This document shows positions 1-11,222 of a DNA stretch of 64,000 nucleotides, piece after piece. The notes below the pieces were generated by a model. It was not told the DNA's origin and ran no database searches. It saw only the letters and a program-made list of their open reading frames with translations. The position numbers and the translations under genes are program-made. Positions within the stretch are counted from its first letter, which is position 1. The number at the start of each line of letters is the position of its first letter. The stretch is from Synechococcus sp. (lineage in GTDB: Bacteria > Cyanobacteriota > Cyanobacteriia > PCC-6307 > Cyanobiaceae). The DNA is taken from NCBI GenBank assembly GCA_047285305.1, contig JBJBDL010000003.1:1184001-1248000 (forward strand). Reading direction: 5' to 3'.

Positions 1-39
1 GGGTTCAGGTCGTGGCAGCTCGATCCGGATGCCAGAAGC

Positions 40-1245
40 ATGCCTTATCCCATCCCGCCCCGCAGCGCCTACCTCCACATTCCCTTCTGCCACCGGCGCT
101 GTTATTACTGCGATTTCGCTGTGGTTCCCCTGGGGGACCAAGCCCGCGCCGACAACGGGCCTGGCAGTCGCTCTATCCGTGAGTACCTGAGCCTGCTGCA
201 TCGGGAAATCGCCTCTGCCCCAGGGGGTCCTCCCTTATCCACTGTGTATATCGGCGGGGGAACGCCATCGCTGTTGTGCCCCGATCAGATCGGAGAACTG
301 ATCGATGCCTTGGTCAACAAATTCGGTCTTCAACCGGGTGCGGAAATCACCCTGGAGATGGATCCTGCCACCTTTGATTCTGCGCAGTTGGCCTCCGTTC
401 TGGCCCATGGCGTGAACCGCATCAGCCTGGGGGGGCAGAGCTTTGATGATGCGGTACTAGAGCAGCTGGGGCGTCGGCATCGCCAGAGCGACCTCCATGC
501 GGCGATCGACTGGCTGGTTCAGGCCTGGCGGGATGGCGCGCTTAGGTCCTGGAGTCTCGATCTCATCCAGAACCTCCCGGGCCAGACCCTGTCTGGTTGG
601 GATGCGCAGTTGGATCAGGCCATTGCCAGTCAGGCTCCCCATCTCTCGATTTACGACCTCTCGGTGGAGCCGGGCACGGTGTTTGATCGCCAACGATCTC
701 TTGGACTGTTGCAGCTGCCGGAGGACGACCTTGCCGTTGCCTTGATGGAGCGGACCACGCAACGGCTGGCGGCTGCTGGACTCAGCCGCTATGAGATTTC
801 CAACCATGCCCGTCCGGGTCATGCCTCCCGTCACAACCGGGTGTACTGGAGCGGTGCCGGTTGGTGGGGTTTTGGCATGGGAGCGACATCAGCACCCTGG
901 GGGGTGCGTTTAGCACGACCCCGCACCCGCGACGCCTACGCGGAATGGCTGGATCACCCTCCTGAAGAATCAATCGAAGAGGCTGGTCTCCCCCTGGATG
1001 ATCAATTGCTGGTGGGTCTGCGGCGCCGGGAAGGGGTGACCCTTCAAGGTCTGGATGCTGATGCCCTGGTGCGCCGTTGGCAACCGTTTGTTGAGCGTGG
1101 ATGGCTGCAGCAGCGGGCAGGCCGTTGGTGCCTGACCGACCCCGAGGGCATGGCCCTCAGCAATCAGGTGCTGATTGAGGTGATTCTGTGGTGGGAAGAG
1201 TGTTGTTCCGGGTCTGCTGGACCCAACCCTTCAACGCGTCGATGA
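40..1245 (+). CDS. hemW: Radical SAM heme chaperone HemW (HemN-like)
   Basis: [16 protein letters not shown] (CxxxCxxC), GGGTPS, YEISN and the HemW-type HNxxYW motif (HNRVYW). Confidence 0.85.
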   Translation: MPYPIPPRSAYLHIPFCHRRCYYCDFAVVPLGDQARADNGPGSRSIREYLSLLHREIASAPGGPPLSTVYIGGGTPSLLCPDQIGELIDALVNKFGLQPGAEITLEMDPATFDSAQLASVLAHGVNRISLGGQSFDDAVLEQLGRRHRQSDLHAAIDWLVQAWRDGALRSWSLDLIQNLPGQTLSGWDAQLDQAIASQAPHLSIYDLSVEPGTVFDRQRSLGLLQLPEDDLAVALMERTTQRLAAAGLSRYEISNHARPGHASRHNRVYWSGAGWWGFGMGATSAPWGVRLARPRTRDAYAEWLDHPPEESIEEAGLPLDDQLLVGLRRREGVTLQGLDADALVRRWQPFVERGWLQQRAGRWCLTDPEGMALSNQVLIEVILWWEECCSGSAGPNPSTRR

Positions 1246-1972
1246 ACAGGCGGCGGCCATCCACCAGCGCTGGGCTGAAGGGAGGTTGTTTGGCGGTGAG
1301 CCCCAGCAGGTCTGCGGTGACGCGCACCTGGCCGTCGCAGTCGTCACCTGCCCCGATGCCGATCACCGGGATGGTCAGGGCCTGCTGCACCCGGCGCGCC
1401 AGATCCCCAGGAACATGTTCCAGCACCAGGGAGAAGCAGCCCTTCTGCTCGAGGGTGCGCGCCTGATCCACCAGGCGTTCCTGGCTGATGGCGTCCGTGG
1501 CCTGGCGCCGGTACCCCAGACGATGCACGGCCTGGGGGGTGAGGCCCAGATGCCCCATCACGGGAATGCCCATGCGCACCAGACGGTCGATCACGGCGAC
1601 AACCTCGGGTTCCGCCCCCTCCAATTTCACAGCCGCTGCGCTGGACTCCTTCAACAGACGCCCTGCGGCAGCCACGGCTCGGTCTTCGCCGCACTGGTAG
1701 CTGAGAAAGGGCAGGTCACAGACCAGCACCGGCTGATCGGCGGGCATGGTCGTCAATCCCCGGGCCACCGCCTGGGTGTGATGAAGCATCTGCTCCAGGC
1801 TCACCGGGAGTGTTGTGGCGTGGCCCAGCGCCACCATCGCCAGTGAATCACCGATCAGCAGCACGTCTGCACCGGCGGCTTCCGCCAGAGCTGCAGAGAG
1901 GCTGTCCCAAGCGGTGAGCACGGCGATGGGTTGGCCCTTCTGCTTGAAGAGGATCAGATCAGAAGGACGCAT
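1157..1972 (-). CDS. panB: 3-methyl-2-oxobutanoate hydroxymethyltransferase
   Basis: [41 protein letters not shown] motifs. Confidence 0.95.
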   Translation of the reverse strand: MRPSDLILFKQKGQPIAVLTAWDSLSAALAEAAGADVLLIGDSLAMVALGHATTLPVSLEQMLHHTQAVARGLTTMPADQPVLVCDLPFLSYQCGEDRAVAAAGRLLKESSAAAVKLEGAEPEVVAVIDRLVRMGIPVMGHLGLTPQAVHRLGYRRQATDAISQERLVDQARTLEQKGCFSLVLEHVPGDLARRVQQALTIPVIGIGAGDDCDGQVRVTADLLGLTAKQPPFSPALVDGRRLFIDALKGWVQQTRNNTLPTTESPQSAPDC

Positions 1973-2000
1973 GCAGCTTCAGAACCCCTCGGGGGCTCAT

Positions 2001-2009
2001 TGCTAGCAT
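2001..2009 (+). promoter_or_regulatory. Putative extended -10 promoter of the SRP RNA
   Basis: TGcTAGCAT (TGn-TAnnnT) about 6 nt upstream of the SRP RNA stem. Confidence 0.5.
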
Positions 2010-2014
2010 TAAGC

Positions 2015-2112
2015 CGATTCGGGCCCATGCGGCTCTGACGCCCAAACCTGGTCAGGACCGGAAGGGAGCAGCCACACGGGATGCTCAGGGCAGGCGTGGG
2101 TTCCGGGTCACC
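2015..2112 (+). ncRNA. ffs: Signal recognition particle RNA (4.5S, small bacterial SRP)
   Basis: Domain IV signature GGTCAGGACCGGAAGGGAGCAGCC; 5' GATTCGGGCCCATGC pairs with 3' GCGTGGGTTCCGGGTC. Confidence 0.92.
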
Positions 2113-2154
2113 ACCTTCAAATGAGCTGTCAGACCGCGTGGTCTGACAGGACTC

Positions 2155-3312
2155 TCACAATGTGCTGTTGTCCTGTTGCTGACGGCGACGCAGAAATTCA
2201 GGAATGCGGGCGCCGTTCTCTTCGGGTTCTCCACGATTCAGGATTCCGGGCACAGAGCGGCTGCGCTCGCTGCGATAAGGCTGCTTGTTCTCAAAGCCTG
2301 TGGCAATCACCGTGACGTGGATCTCGCCTTCGAGAGCCTCATCCACCACAGCACCCACGATTATGTTCGCTTCGGGGTCGACAACGTCGTAGATCACCTC
2401 GGATGCCGTGGTCATGTCCTCCAGGGTCATGTCCTTTCCGCCGCTGATGTTGATCACACAGCCCTTGGCGCCATCGATGCGCTCGGTTTCAAGCAGGGGG
2501 CTGGCGATCGCAGCCTGGGCAGCCTCCACTGCTCTCGAGCGACCGGAACCGATGCCAATGCCTAGCAGTGCTGTGCCTGCTTCGGTCATCACCGAGCGAA
2601 CGTCAGCAAAGTCAACGTTCACCAGGCCCGGGCAGGTGATGATGTCGCTAATGCCTTTGACGCCCATGCGTAGGACGTCGTCCGCACTCCGGAAGGCTTC
2701 CTGAAGGGGTGCTCCGCCGATGGCATCACGCAGACGGTCGTTGGGGATCACGATCAGGGTGTCCACGTGTTCAGCCAACCGAGCGATGCCTTCGTCGGCC
2801 TGACGCATGCGACGACGGCCCTCGAAGCTGAACGGTTTGGTCACGATGCCCACGGTGAGAGCACCGACCTCACGGGCCACTTCGGCCACCACCGGTGCTG
2901 CACCAGTTCCCGTTCCACCGCCCATACCAGCGGCAATGAACACCAGATCAGAGCCTTGCAGCGCATCGTGAAGATCAGTGCGGGATTCCTCGGCTGCCTT
3001 CTGACCAATGGTGGGGTTGCCGCCGGCACCCAGTCCGCGGGTCAGGGTCTGCCCCAACTGCAGCCGTTGCTGGGCCTGCGACTGAATCAGGGCCTGCGCA
3101 TCGGTATTGAGAACGCGGTATCCAACCCCCTCAAGGTCGCTGAGGATCATTCGGTTGACGGCATTGCTACCGCCACCTCCAACGCCGATGACCTCGATGC
3201 GGGCGGACTGGCTGGGCTGGATACCAGCTGCCGTGAAAGACCCTGAGCCGCTCACCATCTCCATCGTCGAGGCAGAACCGTGTGGTTGCGTTGCATTATG
3301 TCCCTGAAGCAT
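2155..3312 (-). CDS. ftsZ: Cell division protein FtsZ
   Basis: [20 protein letters not shown] tubulin signature, NVDFADV, C-terminal IPEFLRR; true start may be a downstream Met. Confidence 0.98.
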   Translation of the reverse strand: MLQGHNATQPHGSASTMEMVSGSGSFTAAGIQPSQSARIEVIGVGGGGSNAVNRMILSDLEGVGYRVLNTDAQALIQSQAQQRLQLGQTLTRGLGAGGNPTIGQKAAEESRTDLHDALQGSDLVFIAAGMGGGTGTGAAPVVAEVAREVGALTVGIVTKPFSFEGRRRMRQADEGIARLAEHVDTLIVIPNDRLRDAIGGAPLQEAFRSADDVLRMGVKGISDIITCPGLVNVDFADVRSVMTEAGTALLGIGIGSGRSRAVEAAQAAIASPLLETERIDGAKGCVINISGGKDMTLEDMTTASEVIYDVVDPEANIIVGAVVDEALEGEIHVTVIATGFENKQPYRSERSRSVPGILNRGEPEENGARIPEFLRRRQQQDNSTL

Positions 3313-3381
3313 TGTCTCGGCTTGAACAGATCACAAACCCGGCGCTGAGGTTGTGGTCTCCAGATTTTCCACCTGTTGGTT

Positions 3382-4227
3382 TCAGGGTCCAGTTTTGACC
3401 TGCTTGGGGGCGGGTGGCGCCGGCAGTTGCAGTTCCGGGCGGTCCGGATTGCTGAGATCAAGGCTGCTGTGATGGGCCTGGCGCAGGTGCTTCGGCAACG
3501 TCTTGTTCAGATGGAGGATCGTTTCGATCTGGGCATTGAGGAGGGCCGGTTCGCCGCCGAGATCGATCCGGCCCAGTGCGGTGGTGATCAGACTGATGTT
3601 GCCGTCCGGATCAAGCACGATGGCTTTCAGCATCCCCGCCAAGCGATTCCGTTGTTTCAGCAGCGCAGCGACCTGACCGCGTTGCGGGCTATTCCAGCCG
3701 CGCACCATGATGTCCGTGAGCGGTTCTGATACTGCGTCGCTCAGGGGAATCCATTCGCCTGCGGAGTTGAGCAGCCCCCGTTCCCGTCCAGCGGGTCCCC
3801 GACGCTCAGCTCGTGCGATTGGAATCTCCGGCTTCAGGCTGATGACGAGGCGAGCGGGGAGCATCCGGCGCTGCACGTGAGCGCTGTGAACTGGTAATGC
3901 CCTGACCAGCTGTTGTTCCAGTTCCCTCGGATTCACCTCCAGCAGGGGTGAGGGAAAGCGCAGCTTGGCGGCCTCGATCATCTGATTCGTCTCAATGGCA
4001 GCACCGCCGGTCAGGATGACTGCCTCAGGGCTCCGAAGCGCCCAGCCATGGCGCAGCAAGATCCAGCTGAATCCGCCACTGAGCAGCAGCAAGGCCACAA
4101 AGCGCCAGAGCTGGAGCAACAGGGTCTGGCGGCGCTGCCGGCGCAAGTCCCGGCGCCGGGCGACCTGAGCGGAAACCGGCCGTTGTGAGGGTTTGTTGTT
4201 GGTTGAGACCCGGCTCACAGGTCGCAT
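3382..4227 (-). CDS. ftsQ: Cell division protein FtsQ/DivIB
   Basis: Basic N-terminus, single TM helix, POTRA-like region; lies between ddl and ftsZ. Confidence 0.8.
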   Translation of the reverse strand: MRPVSRVSTNNKPSQRPVSAQVARRRDLRRQRRQTLLLQLWRFVALLLLSGGFSWILLRHGWALRSPEAVILTGGAAIETNQMIEAAKLRFPSPLLEVNPRELEQQLVRALPVHSAHVQRRMLPARLVISLKPEIPIARAERRGPAGRERGLLNSAGEWIPLSDAVSEPLTDIMVRGWNSPQRGQVAALLKQRNRLAGMLKAIVLDPDGNISLITTALGRIDLGGEPALLNAQIETILHLNKTLPKHLRQAHHSSLDLSNPDRPELQLPAPPAPKQVKTGP

Positions 4228-4625
4228 CGGGCCCGTGCCATCAGCTGCTCACCCCAGCCGCGCGCGCGGTCGGCATCAGAGAAAGGCACATCCATCTGCA
4301 GACCTTTCCCGATGAGGCGCAGCCGACAACGCCCCTGGGATTCATCGGTGAGGGGCGCATCACCGGATGCCAGCGACATCAGTTCCACAAGCTCGAGTTT
4401 GCAGACATCAAACGAGCCCTGATCCTGAAAACTTCCCGCTTCGAAGCTGCTCCAGTGGAGTACACCGTCTTTCAGACGAGCACCACCACAACCGTCGAGC
4501 TTCGCGAGTTCGGAGCCTTCGGCCCAGGTGCGAAATAGGTTTTGGCGCCGCCGTTCCAGCCACCCGAGCGAAGCCAGCAGCACAAAGGCCAGCAGCAGAG
4601 GAAACCAGAGCAGTCCGTGGCTCAT
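4215..4625 (-). CDS. Conserved hypothetical membrane-anchored protein
   Basis: N-terminal TM helix; co-oriented and tightly packed in the ddl-ftsQ-ftsZ operon. Confidence 0.7.
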   Translation of the reverse strand: MSHGLLWFPLLLAFVLLASLGWLERRRQNLFRTWAEGSELAKLDGCGGARLKDGVLHWSSFEAGSFQDQGSFDVCKLELVELMSLASGDAPLTDESQGRCRLRLIGKGLQMDVPFSDADRARGWGEQLMARARCDL

Positions 4626-4648
4626 GGGTTAGGCGAAGGACGCTGCAC

Positions 4649-5701
4649 TCATTCTCCTGCGGTTTGGATCAGTTTGTGCACCAACTGTTCGAGTGTTACT
4701 CCGCTGGCCGCCCAGAGCATCGGGAACATGCTCTGGGCCGTGAAACCGGGCAGGGTATTGATTTCGTTGATCCAGAGCTGATCGTTGGCGTCGTCGTAGA
4801 AGAAATCCACCCGACCCATGCCGTTGACGCCCACGGCAGCGCAGGCCTGCAGGGCCTGGGCGCGGATGCGTTCAGCTACTTCATCGGGTAGGGGAGCTGG
4901 AATCAACGTGGTGCTGCGCCCTGCGGTGTATTTCGTCTCGTAGTCGTACCAGTCCGCATCAAAACGAACCTCACCGATCACCGACGCTTCGAGCGTGCGT
5001 CCCCCCAGGACGGCGCATTCCACCTCTCGGGCGTTGACGCCCTGCTCCACCACCAGCCTTGGATCGAGCGCTGCGGCCTGGTTGAGGCCTGCTTCCAGTT
5101 CTTGGCGGGAACGCACCTTGCTGATGCCCACCGAGGAGCCAAGATTGGCGGGCTTTACAAAGCAGGGGTAGTTCAGTTCGCGTTCAATCCGATCCAAGAG
5201 GGCCGATCGGCTGATCGCGTTCTCGAGTTCGGACGCGTGAAGGGCCACATAGGGCACCTGGGACAGCCCGGCGCTGGAAAAGGCAGATTTCATCGCCTGC
5301 TTGTCCATGCTGACGGCAGAGCCGAGCACGCCGGCGCCCACGAACGGTTTGCCGGTCAGCTGGAACAACCCCTGAATGGTGCCGTCCTCTCCATTGGGAC
5401 CATGCAGCACCGGGTACCAGAGGTCAACTGCATCACATCTCTCCGGGAACCCCTGGAATCCTGAGGGGGGCAGAGGTGGGTTGAGCTCCGGTGCGGTTTC
5501 GGAGGTCAGGGTTGCCTCGGACAGATCCTTTCCCCACCAGCGACCATCACGGTCGATGTAGATCGGCTGCACCGAGTATCGCTCTCGGTTCTGCCCGCTG
5601 CGCAGGCCTCGGACGATGGTCGCCGCAGATCGGATCGACACGTCATGCTCTCCAGAGCGGCCTCCAAAGACGAGCCCGACCGTGATGGGACTGGACGGCA
5701 T
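4649..5701 (-). CDS. ddl: D-alanine--D-alanine ligase
   Basis: [44 protein letters not shown]. Confidence 0.97.
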   Translation of the reverse strand: MPSSPITVGLVFGGRSGEHDVSIRSAATIVRGLRSGQNRERYSVQPIYIDRDGRWWGKDLSEATLTSETAPELNPPLPPSGFQGFPERCDAVDLWYPVLHGPNGEDGTIQGLFQLTGKPFVGAGVLGSAVSMDKQAMKSAFSSAGLSQVPYVALHASELENAISRSALLDRIERELNYPCFVKPANLGSSVGISKVRSRQELEAGLNQAAALDPRLVVEQGVNAREVECAVLGGRTLEASVIGEVRFDADWYDYETKYTAGRSTTLIPAPLPDEVAERIRAQALQACAAVGVNGMGRVDFFYDDANDQLWINEINTLPGFTAQSMFPMLWAASGVTLEQLVHKLIQTAGE

Positions 5702-5752
5702 GAATGCTGCGACCCCTGAGCGGTGGGAGCGCCAAAGGTATCAGCGTTGTGC

Positions 5753-7147
5753 TCAGTGGGGCAGGGGGCTGCCGCTCAGTGAAAAGGAGCGCACCGCATC
5801 GATGCGCACCGGCACGAGATCGCCCGCTTTGTAGGCACGACCATCTGCTCCGGTGGAGCTGAAGAAGGTCAGGCGATTGGTGCGGGTTCGCCCCATCAGC
5901 TGCGATGGGTCCTTGGGGTTGATGCCCTCCGCCAGCACTTCTTCCGTGCGCCCCTCGTAGCGGGCATTGGCCTTGCGGGCGCAGCGTTCCACCAGAGCAT
6001 TGATTTCGCGCAGGCGTTGCACCTTCACCTCCTCCGGCAGCTGGTTGTCCCAATTGGCTGCAGGGGTATTGGGCCGGGGTGAATAGGCCGCTGTGTTCAC
6101 CTGATCGAAACCGATCTCTTCGATCAGATCGAGGGTGCGGCGGTACTGCGCATCGGTTTCGCCAGGGAAGGCAACGATCACATCGGCACTAAGGGAGGCA
6201 TCAGGCATGCGCTCACGGATGCGGTTGATAATCCGCCGGTAGCGCTCAACGGTGTAGCCCCGGGCCATGGCCTGCAACACGTCGTTGTCCCCGCTCTGAA
6301 ACGGAATGTGGAAGTGTTCGCAGAGCTTGGGCAGGTCGGCACAGGCATCGATCAGCCGCTCGGTGAAGTAGCGCGGATGGCTGGTGGCAAAACGGATCCG
6401 TTCAATGCCCTCCACGTCGTGGACCTGATGGAGCAAATCCGTGAGGGTGTGTTGGCGGCGACCCTCCGGCGTGATGCCCGGCAGATCCCGGCCGTAGGCA
6501 TCAATGTTCTGGCCGAGCAGAGTGATTTCTTTGTAGCCCTGGGCGGCAAGACCCTCCATTTCCAACTTGATCGCCTGGGGCAGCCGTGATTGTTCCTTGC
6601 CGCGCACGGAGGGCACCACGCAGTAGGTGCAACGTTCGTTGCAGCCGTAGATCACGTTCACCCAGCCGCAGATGCTGCTGTCCCGGCGGGCCGTGGTGAT
6701 GTCTTCAAGGATGTGGTGGTCTTCGGTGGCGACCACCTGCTGACCGCTGTCCACCTGCAACAGAAGGGTTTCAAGCCGATTGGCGTGCTGCGGTCCCATC
6801 ACCAGATCAAGCTCCGGCACCCGTCGGAGCAGGGATTCACCCTCCTGCTGAGCAACGCAGCCCGCCACAACCAGGGTGAGATTGGGGTTGCTGCGTTTCC
6901 GCTGGGCCTGTCTGCCGAGGTAGCTGTAAACCTTTTGCTCGGCGTTGTCCCGGATGGTGCAGGTGTTGTAGAGCACAAGATCGGCATCCAGTTCGGCTGA
7001 AGCCTCCCGATAGCCCATGGCCTCCAGGATTCCCGCCATCCGTTCGGAATCCGCCTTGTTCATCTGGCAGCCGAACGTGGTGATCCAGTAGCTGCCACGC
7101 TGGGGGTTGGTGGTGGCGTCAGTGGCGAGGGGGGCGGAGGCGACCAA
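5753..7147 (-). CDS. miaB: tRNA-2-methylthio-N6-dimethylallyladenosine synthase
   Basis: [28 protein letters not shown] radical SAM motif, C-terminal TRAM domain. Confidence 0.97.
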   Translation of the reverse strand: MVASAPLATDATTNPQRGSYWITTFGCQMNKADSERMAGILEAMGYREASAELDADLVLYNTCTIRDNAEQKVYSYLGRQAQRKRSNPNLTLVVAGCVAQQEGESLLRRVPELDLVMGPQHANRLETLLLQVDSGQQVVATEDHHILEDITTARRDSSICGWVNVIYGCNERCTYCVVPSVRGKEQSRLPQAIKLEMEGLAAQGYKEITLLGQNIDAYGRDLPGITPEGRRQHTLTDLLHQVHDVEGIERIRFATSHPRYFTERLIDACADLPKLCEHFHIPFQSGDNDVLQAMARGYTVERYRRIINRIRERMPDASLSADVIVAFPGETDAQYRRTLDLIEEIGFDQVNTAAYSPRPNTPAANWDNQLPEEVKVQRLREINALVERCARKANARYEGRTEEVLAEGINPKDPSQLMGRTRTNRLTFFSSTGADGRAYKAGDLVPVRIDAVRSFSLSGSPLPH

Positions 7148-7197
7148 ATCTCTGGCTCAAGCCTTCTCAGTGTGAGTCACAGCGGTGTTGTGTCAGT

Positions 7198-8313
7198 TTG
7201 GGGATTGACAGCCGGATGGCGATGAGCTGGGCCCTCACACGGTTTTCGCTCACCAAGGCCGTGCCCCTCACGATCAGCAGGGGCACCACAGCTGCCGTGG
7301 TGCGGTTGGAGATCAGGTTGGAACGTGATGGGCTGGTCGGCCGCGGCGAGACCGGTGGATTTGAGACCGGCCACCGAGCCTTTGCCCTGGAGGCTGTGGA
7401 ACAGGAACTGTTGGGGCTTTTGTCGCAACTGGAAGCTCTGGATCCCCACCGTCCGCAACGGTTCGAGCCCCTGCTTGCATCCCTAAGTCCCCCGGCCCGT
7501 TGTGCCATCGACCTGGCCTTGTGGGACTGGCATGGGCAACGGCTCGGCCATCCGCTGTGGCGGCTCTGGGGATTGGATCCAGCCGAGGGTGTGGCCACCA
7601 GCGTCACCCTGGGACTGGCTTCTGTGGATGCCGTGTTGGATCGTCTCGAACGCTGGTGGACGCAGCTGCCGGCGACGCGAGTGAAGCTCAAGCTGGGCAG
7701 CCCCGATGGCTTGGACCACGACCTCAGCCTGTTGGGGGCGGTGGCCCAGGCCGTCACGGATCGATCCCAGCGGCAGGGTGTGGCAATCGAACTGCAGGTG
7801 GATGCCAATGGCGGATGGACTGTGAATCAAGCCAGGCGAATGCTGGACCCCCTGGCCGCACACCAAGTGGTGCTGCTGGAGCAACCTCTGGCTCCCGATC
7901 TGGATCCCACGCGGGACACAGCGGGATTCGCGGCGCTGCATCCGCACTGTGCAATGGCCTTGGTGGCGGATGAAAGTTGCTGGGATCTGGAGGATCTGCT
8001 GCGCCTGGCTCCAGTAGTGGATGGCGTGAATCTCAAGCTGCTGAAGACCGGGGGGCTCAGTCAGGCCTTGTTAATGGCCCAAGTGGCGCAGAAGAAGGGG
8101 CTGGATCTGATGGTGGGTTGCTACTCCGACAGTTCGTTGTTGAACGGTGCAGCGGCCCAGATTTTGCCTCTGATTCGTTGGCCGGATCTCGACAGCCATC
8201 TCAACTTGGTGGATGACCCCTTTGTTGGCCTTGAGTTGCAGGACGATCGTCTGCGGCCTTCGACGATGACTGGATTGGGGATCCGCCAGGCAGGAGGCAC
8301 AGCAGCGTTATGA
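7198..8313 (+). CDS. Enolase-superfamily dipeptide epimerase / racemase (Ala-Glu epimerase or DgcA-like)
   Basis: KxK (VKLKLG), DAN, EQP, DES metal ligands, NLKLLKTGG, DLD motif; start may be a few codons downstream. Confidence 0.85.
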   Translation: MGIDSRMAMSWALTRFSLTKAVPLTISRGTTAAVVRLEIRLERDGLVGRGETGGFETGHRAFALEAVEQELLGLLSQLEALDPHRPQRFEPLLASLSPPARCAIDLALWDWHGQRLGHPLWRLWGLDPAEGVATSVTLGLASVDAVLDRLERWWTQLPATRVKLKLGSPDGLDHDLSLLGAVAQAVTDRSQRQGVAIELQVDANGGWTVNQARRMLDPLAAHQVVLLEQPLAPDLDPTRDTAGFAALHPHCAMALVADESCWDLEDLLRLAPVVDGVNLKLLKTGGLSQALLMAQVAQKKGLDLMVGCYSDSSLLNGAAAQILPLIRWPDLDSHLNLVDDPFVGLELQDDRLRPSTMTGLGIRQAGGTAAL

Positions 8314-9392
8314 GCGGGATTCAGGCGCCGTCTGGATTTCGGGAGATGAGGTTGGTGCTGCTCCAACACGGCGGTTTGGCAAGCCTCACCGGCAAGACCG
8401 GTCTGGCCATGCTCCGCCACCGTGCTGGACCGATCGTTGCGGTGATAGATCCCGAACATGCGGGCCAGTCTCTGCAACACGTCACCGGGATCGACCGTGA
8501 CGTGCCGGTGGTCGCGGATTTGGCTGCTGCTCTGCCCTACAAGCCTGAGGTTGCTGTGGTTGGCCTGGCTCCTTCGGGGGGGCGGCTGCCTGATCCTGTC
8601 CGCCACGACGCATTGGCGGCGTTGCGCGCAGGCCTTCATCTCGCCAGCGGACTGCACACCCACCTGGCCGATGATCCCGAACTGGCAGAAGCCTGTTGGC
8701 ACGACCGTTGGATCTGGGATCTGCGCCGGGAGCCGGAAGGACTCAACGTTGGCCAGGCACGCGCCGCAGAGCTTCCTTGTCGGCGCCTTCTGGCAATTGG
8801 CACCGACATGGCCGTCGGCAAGATGAGCGCATGCCTGTCTCTTCTGGAGGCAGCCCAGCGCTCCGGGATCCCCGCGCGCTTTGTGGGGACAGGGCAGGCC
8901 GGAATTCTGATCAGCGGAGAAGGGGTCGCTCTGGATGCTGTGCGCGTCGATTACGCCGCCGGTGCGGTGGAGGAGGCGGTGCTTCGCGCGGCGGATGCTC
9001 TTCCAAAGCAGGGTCTTGTGCTGGTGGAGGGGCAGGGATCGCTCTGCCATCCGGCCTCCTCGGCCATGTTGCCCCTGTTACGGGGCACGCAGCCGACGAC
9101 CCTGTTGCTCGTGCATCGGGCAGCACAGCAGACAATTGATCGGCTGCCTCAGATCCCGCTTCCAAGCCTTGAGGCCTTGGTTGCCACCACTGAAGCCCTG
9201 GCAAGCTGGGCTCGGCCTGATGGGGCAGCTGAGCCAGCCAAGGTGGCCGCTGTCGCCCTCAACACCGCCCGCCTTGATGAGGCTCATGCTCGAGAAGAGG
9301 TGGATCGGATCGGCCAGATGCTGGGTCTGCCCTGCACGGATCCGATCCGCTGGGGAGCTGAACCTCTCCTCAGAGCCTTGTTGAGTTGTTGA
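8310..9392 (+). CDS. DUF1611 family P-loop protein (DgcN-like)
   Basis: GKTGLAMLR, GTDMAVGKM, TGQAGILI, VEGQGSL motifs; ATGA overlap with the epimerase. Confidence 0.85.
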   Translation: MSGIQAPSGFREMRLVLLQHGGLASLTGKTGLAMLRHRAGPIVAVIDPEHAGQSLQHVTGIDRDVPVVADLAAALPYKPEVAVVGLAPSGGRLPDPVRHDALAALRAGLHLASGLHTHLADDPELAEACWHDRWIWDLRREPEGLNVGQARAAELPCRRLLAIGTDMAVGKMSACLSLLEAAQRSGIPARFVGTGQAGILISGEGVALDAVRVDYAAGAVEEAVLRAADALPKQGLVLVEGQGSLCHPASSAMLPLLRGTQPTTLLLVHRAAQQTIDRLPQIPLPSLEALVATTEALASWARPDGAAEPAKVAAVALNTARLDEAHAREEVDRIGQMLGLPCTDPIRWGAEPLLRALLSC

Positions 9393-9394
9393 GA

Positions 9395-9469
9395 GGGCGA
9401 GCGAGGGGATTCGAACCCCCGAATAGCGGCGCCACAAGCCGCTGCCTTAACCACTTGGCGACGCCCGCC
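9395..9469 (-). tRNA. tRNA-His(GUG)
   Basis: Cloverleaf GGCGGGCG...GCGGC-TTGTGGC-GCCGC...GGTTCGAATCC; extra G-1 typical of tRNA-His. Confidence 0.96.
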
Positions 9470-9510
9470 GCGTCCGTGAGAATCTACCAACACGAGCTGC
9501 AGCCCGCCTG

Positions 9511-9942
9511 GTGTCCTCTTCATCGCGTCCGCAAGGTCGGTCTGCTCTGGTGATGTTGGCGGGGGGGATTGCAGCGGCCGGGGTGCTGTCGCTGGTGGTG
9601 TCCAACCCGTCGTTGGAGGACTATCAAGCTCATGCCGGTGATCAGCTGGTCCGTTTGGGCACCAAGGAACTGTGCAACGAGCCGACCCTGCCGATGGTGC
9701 TGCGTCTTTGGATTCGCAACTGCCCTGAACTGATTGCCTCCCAGCGGGATGCACTGGCGGCGTTGGCGGGTCAGTTCACCACTCGTCGAAACTTGTTAGT
9801 GGCCAGTCTGTATTCCACACGGATGGAAAGGAAGGAGATGCTGCCCGGTCTGCGCCTGCCTGGTTTTGAAGTGCTCAGCCTTGGTGTGGCCGGTCGTTTC
9901 GTGGTCCTCAGCACCGATGCCAGCAACGGTGCTGAGCGGTGA
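9511..9942 (+). CDS. DUF4359-like membrane-anchored protein
   Basis: N-terminal TM, NPSLEDY, T.R.N..VASLY.T, LGVAGRF pattern. Confidence 0.65.
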   Translation: MSSSSRPQGRSALVMLAGGIAAAGVLSLVVSNPSLEDYQAHAGDQLVRLGTKELCNEPTLPMVLRLWIRNCPELIASQRDALAALAGQFTTRRNLLVASLYSTRMERKEMLPGLRLPGFEVLSLGVAGRFVVLSTDASNGAER

Positions 9943-11219
9943 TGGACGCCCCGTCGCTTGAATCCAAGCCGGGGAGTGGTGTCCTTGAGGCCTGGGCGCC
10001 CCTGGGGCTCCTGGATTTCGCCCCTTCAACGCCCTTGCCGGAGGTCGAGAAGCAAGGGCTGACGCCCGTGCGCCTTGCCTGGGATCAGGGGCGCTTGCGG
10101 GAGCCCCAGCCCCTGCCCGCCGAACATGTGCCACCGTCTCGAATGGTGCTGTCGCGCTTGGTCGACTGCCATGTCCATTTGGACAAGGCCTACACCTGGC
10201 AGGAGCATCCCAACCTCAGAGGTAGCTACGGAGGTGCCCTGGAGGCCAATCTGCGGGAGCACAGCACCCGAACCATGGCCTGCGTGCTTCAACGCGGAGA
10301 ACGCGCCATGGAGAGGGCATTCGTCCATGGGCTGCGGGCCATGCGGAGCCATGTGGACAGTGGTGGCCCTGGCGCTGAGCCCAGCTGGGAGGCCTTGCTC
10401 ACCCTGCAGCAGCGCTGGCGCCGCCGTATCGACTTGCAGCTGGTGGCGCTGGTGCCCTTGGAATTCTGGTGTTCAGCTGAAGCGGATGCTCTGGCGCGTC
10501 GTGTGGCCGCCAGTGGCGGCTGTCTGGGTGGTGTTTTGACACCTCCTTGTGAATCGGCCGTGGTCACGGAGCAGTTGGAGGTGTTGTTGCGCCTGGCTGA
10601 TCGCCACAACTGCGGCGTCGATTTGCACATCGATGAGGCGGATCACGGTCCGGCGGAGGGCATGGTTCAGCTGTTGAAAGCGCTGCAGCGCGTGCCGGTG
10701 CAGGTTCCCGTCACCTGCAGCCATGCCAGCAGTCTTTCCCTTCTGCCGGCGTCATGTCTGGCGCGGTTGGCAGAGCGCATGGCAGCAGCGCAGCTCAGTG
10801 TGATTGCCCTGCCCCTTACCAATGCCTGGTTGCTCGCACGGGCGGAAGATGCCACCCCCCTTCAGCGTCCGCAGGCCCCGATCCGTCAGTTGCAACGTTC
10901 TGGTGTTCCGGTGGCGGTGGCGGGTGACAACGTGGCCGACCCCTGGTTCCCGGGAGGTGACTTCGACCCCTTGGCCCTTCTGGCCGCATCGATGCCGTTG
11001 ACTCAGTTGCTGCCCTGGCAGCGCCTGGGCCTGGCCCCTTTCACTACAGCACCACCCGCCATTCTTCAACTGCAATGGGATGGGGTGCTGCGGGCCGGCG
11101 CTCCTGCCGATCTGATCTGCATGGAGGGCCAGGGATGGTCGGACCTGATCCGTTGTGCTCCGCAGCGTCAGGTTCTCGTGGACGGCCACTGGCAGTCGTC
11201 ACAGGGCGCTAGACCCTGA
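9939..11219 (+). CDS. Cytosine/pterin deaminase-like amidohydrolase
   Basis: DCHVHLDK, RSHVD, DLHIDE, SH, GDNVADPW, GAPADL metal-dependent hydrolase motifs. Confidence 0.85.
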   Translation: MMDAPSLESKPGSGVLEAWAPLGLLDFAPSTPLPEVEKQGLTPVRLAWDQGRLREPQPLPAEHVPPSRMVLSRLVDCHVHLDKAYTWQEHPNLRGSYGGALEANLREHSTRTMACVLQRGERAMERAFVHGLRAMRSHVDSGGPGAEPSWEALLTLQQRWRRRIDLQLVALVPLEFWCSAEADALARRVAASGGCLGGVLTPPCESAVVTEQLEVLLRLADRHNCGVDLHIDEADHGPAEGMVQLLKALQRVPVQVPVTCSHASSLSLLPASCLARLAERMAAAQLSVIALPLTNAWLLARAEDATPLQRPQAPIRQLQRSGVPVAVAGDNVADPWFPGGDFDPLALLAASMPLTQLLPWQRLGLAPFTTAPPAILQLQWDGVLRAGAPADLICMEGQGWSDLIRCAPQRQVLVDGHWQSSQGARP

Positions 11220-11222
11220 CCA

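Noticed and set aside
1157..1245. 89-nt convergent overlap of hemW and panB (also lnt/mnmA, 49 nt)
   Set aside because: Tail overlaps are common in compact picocyanobacterial genomes, and the overlapping residues look non-conserved.
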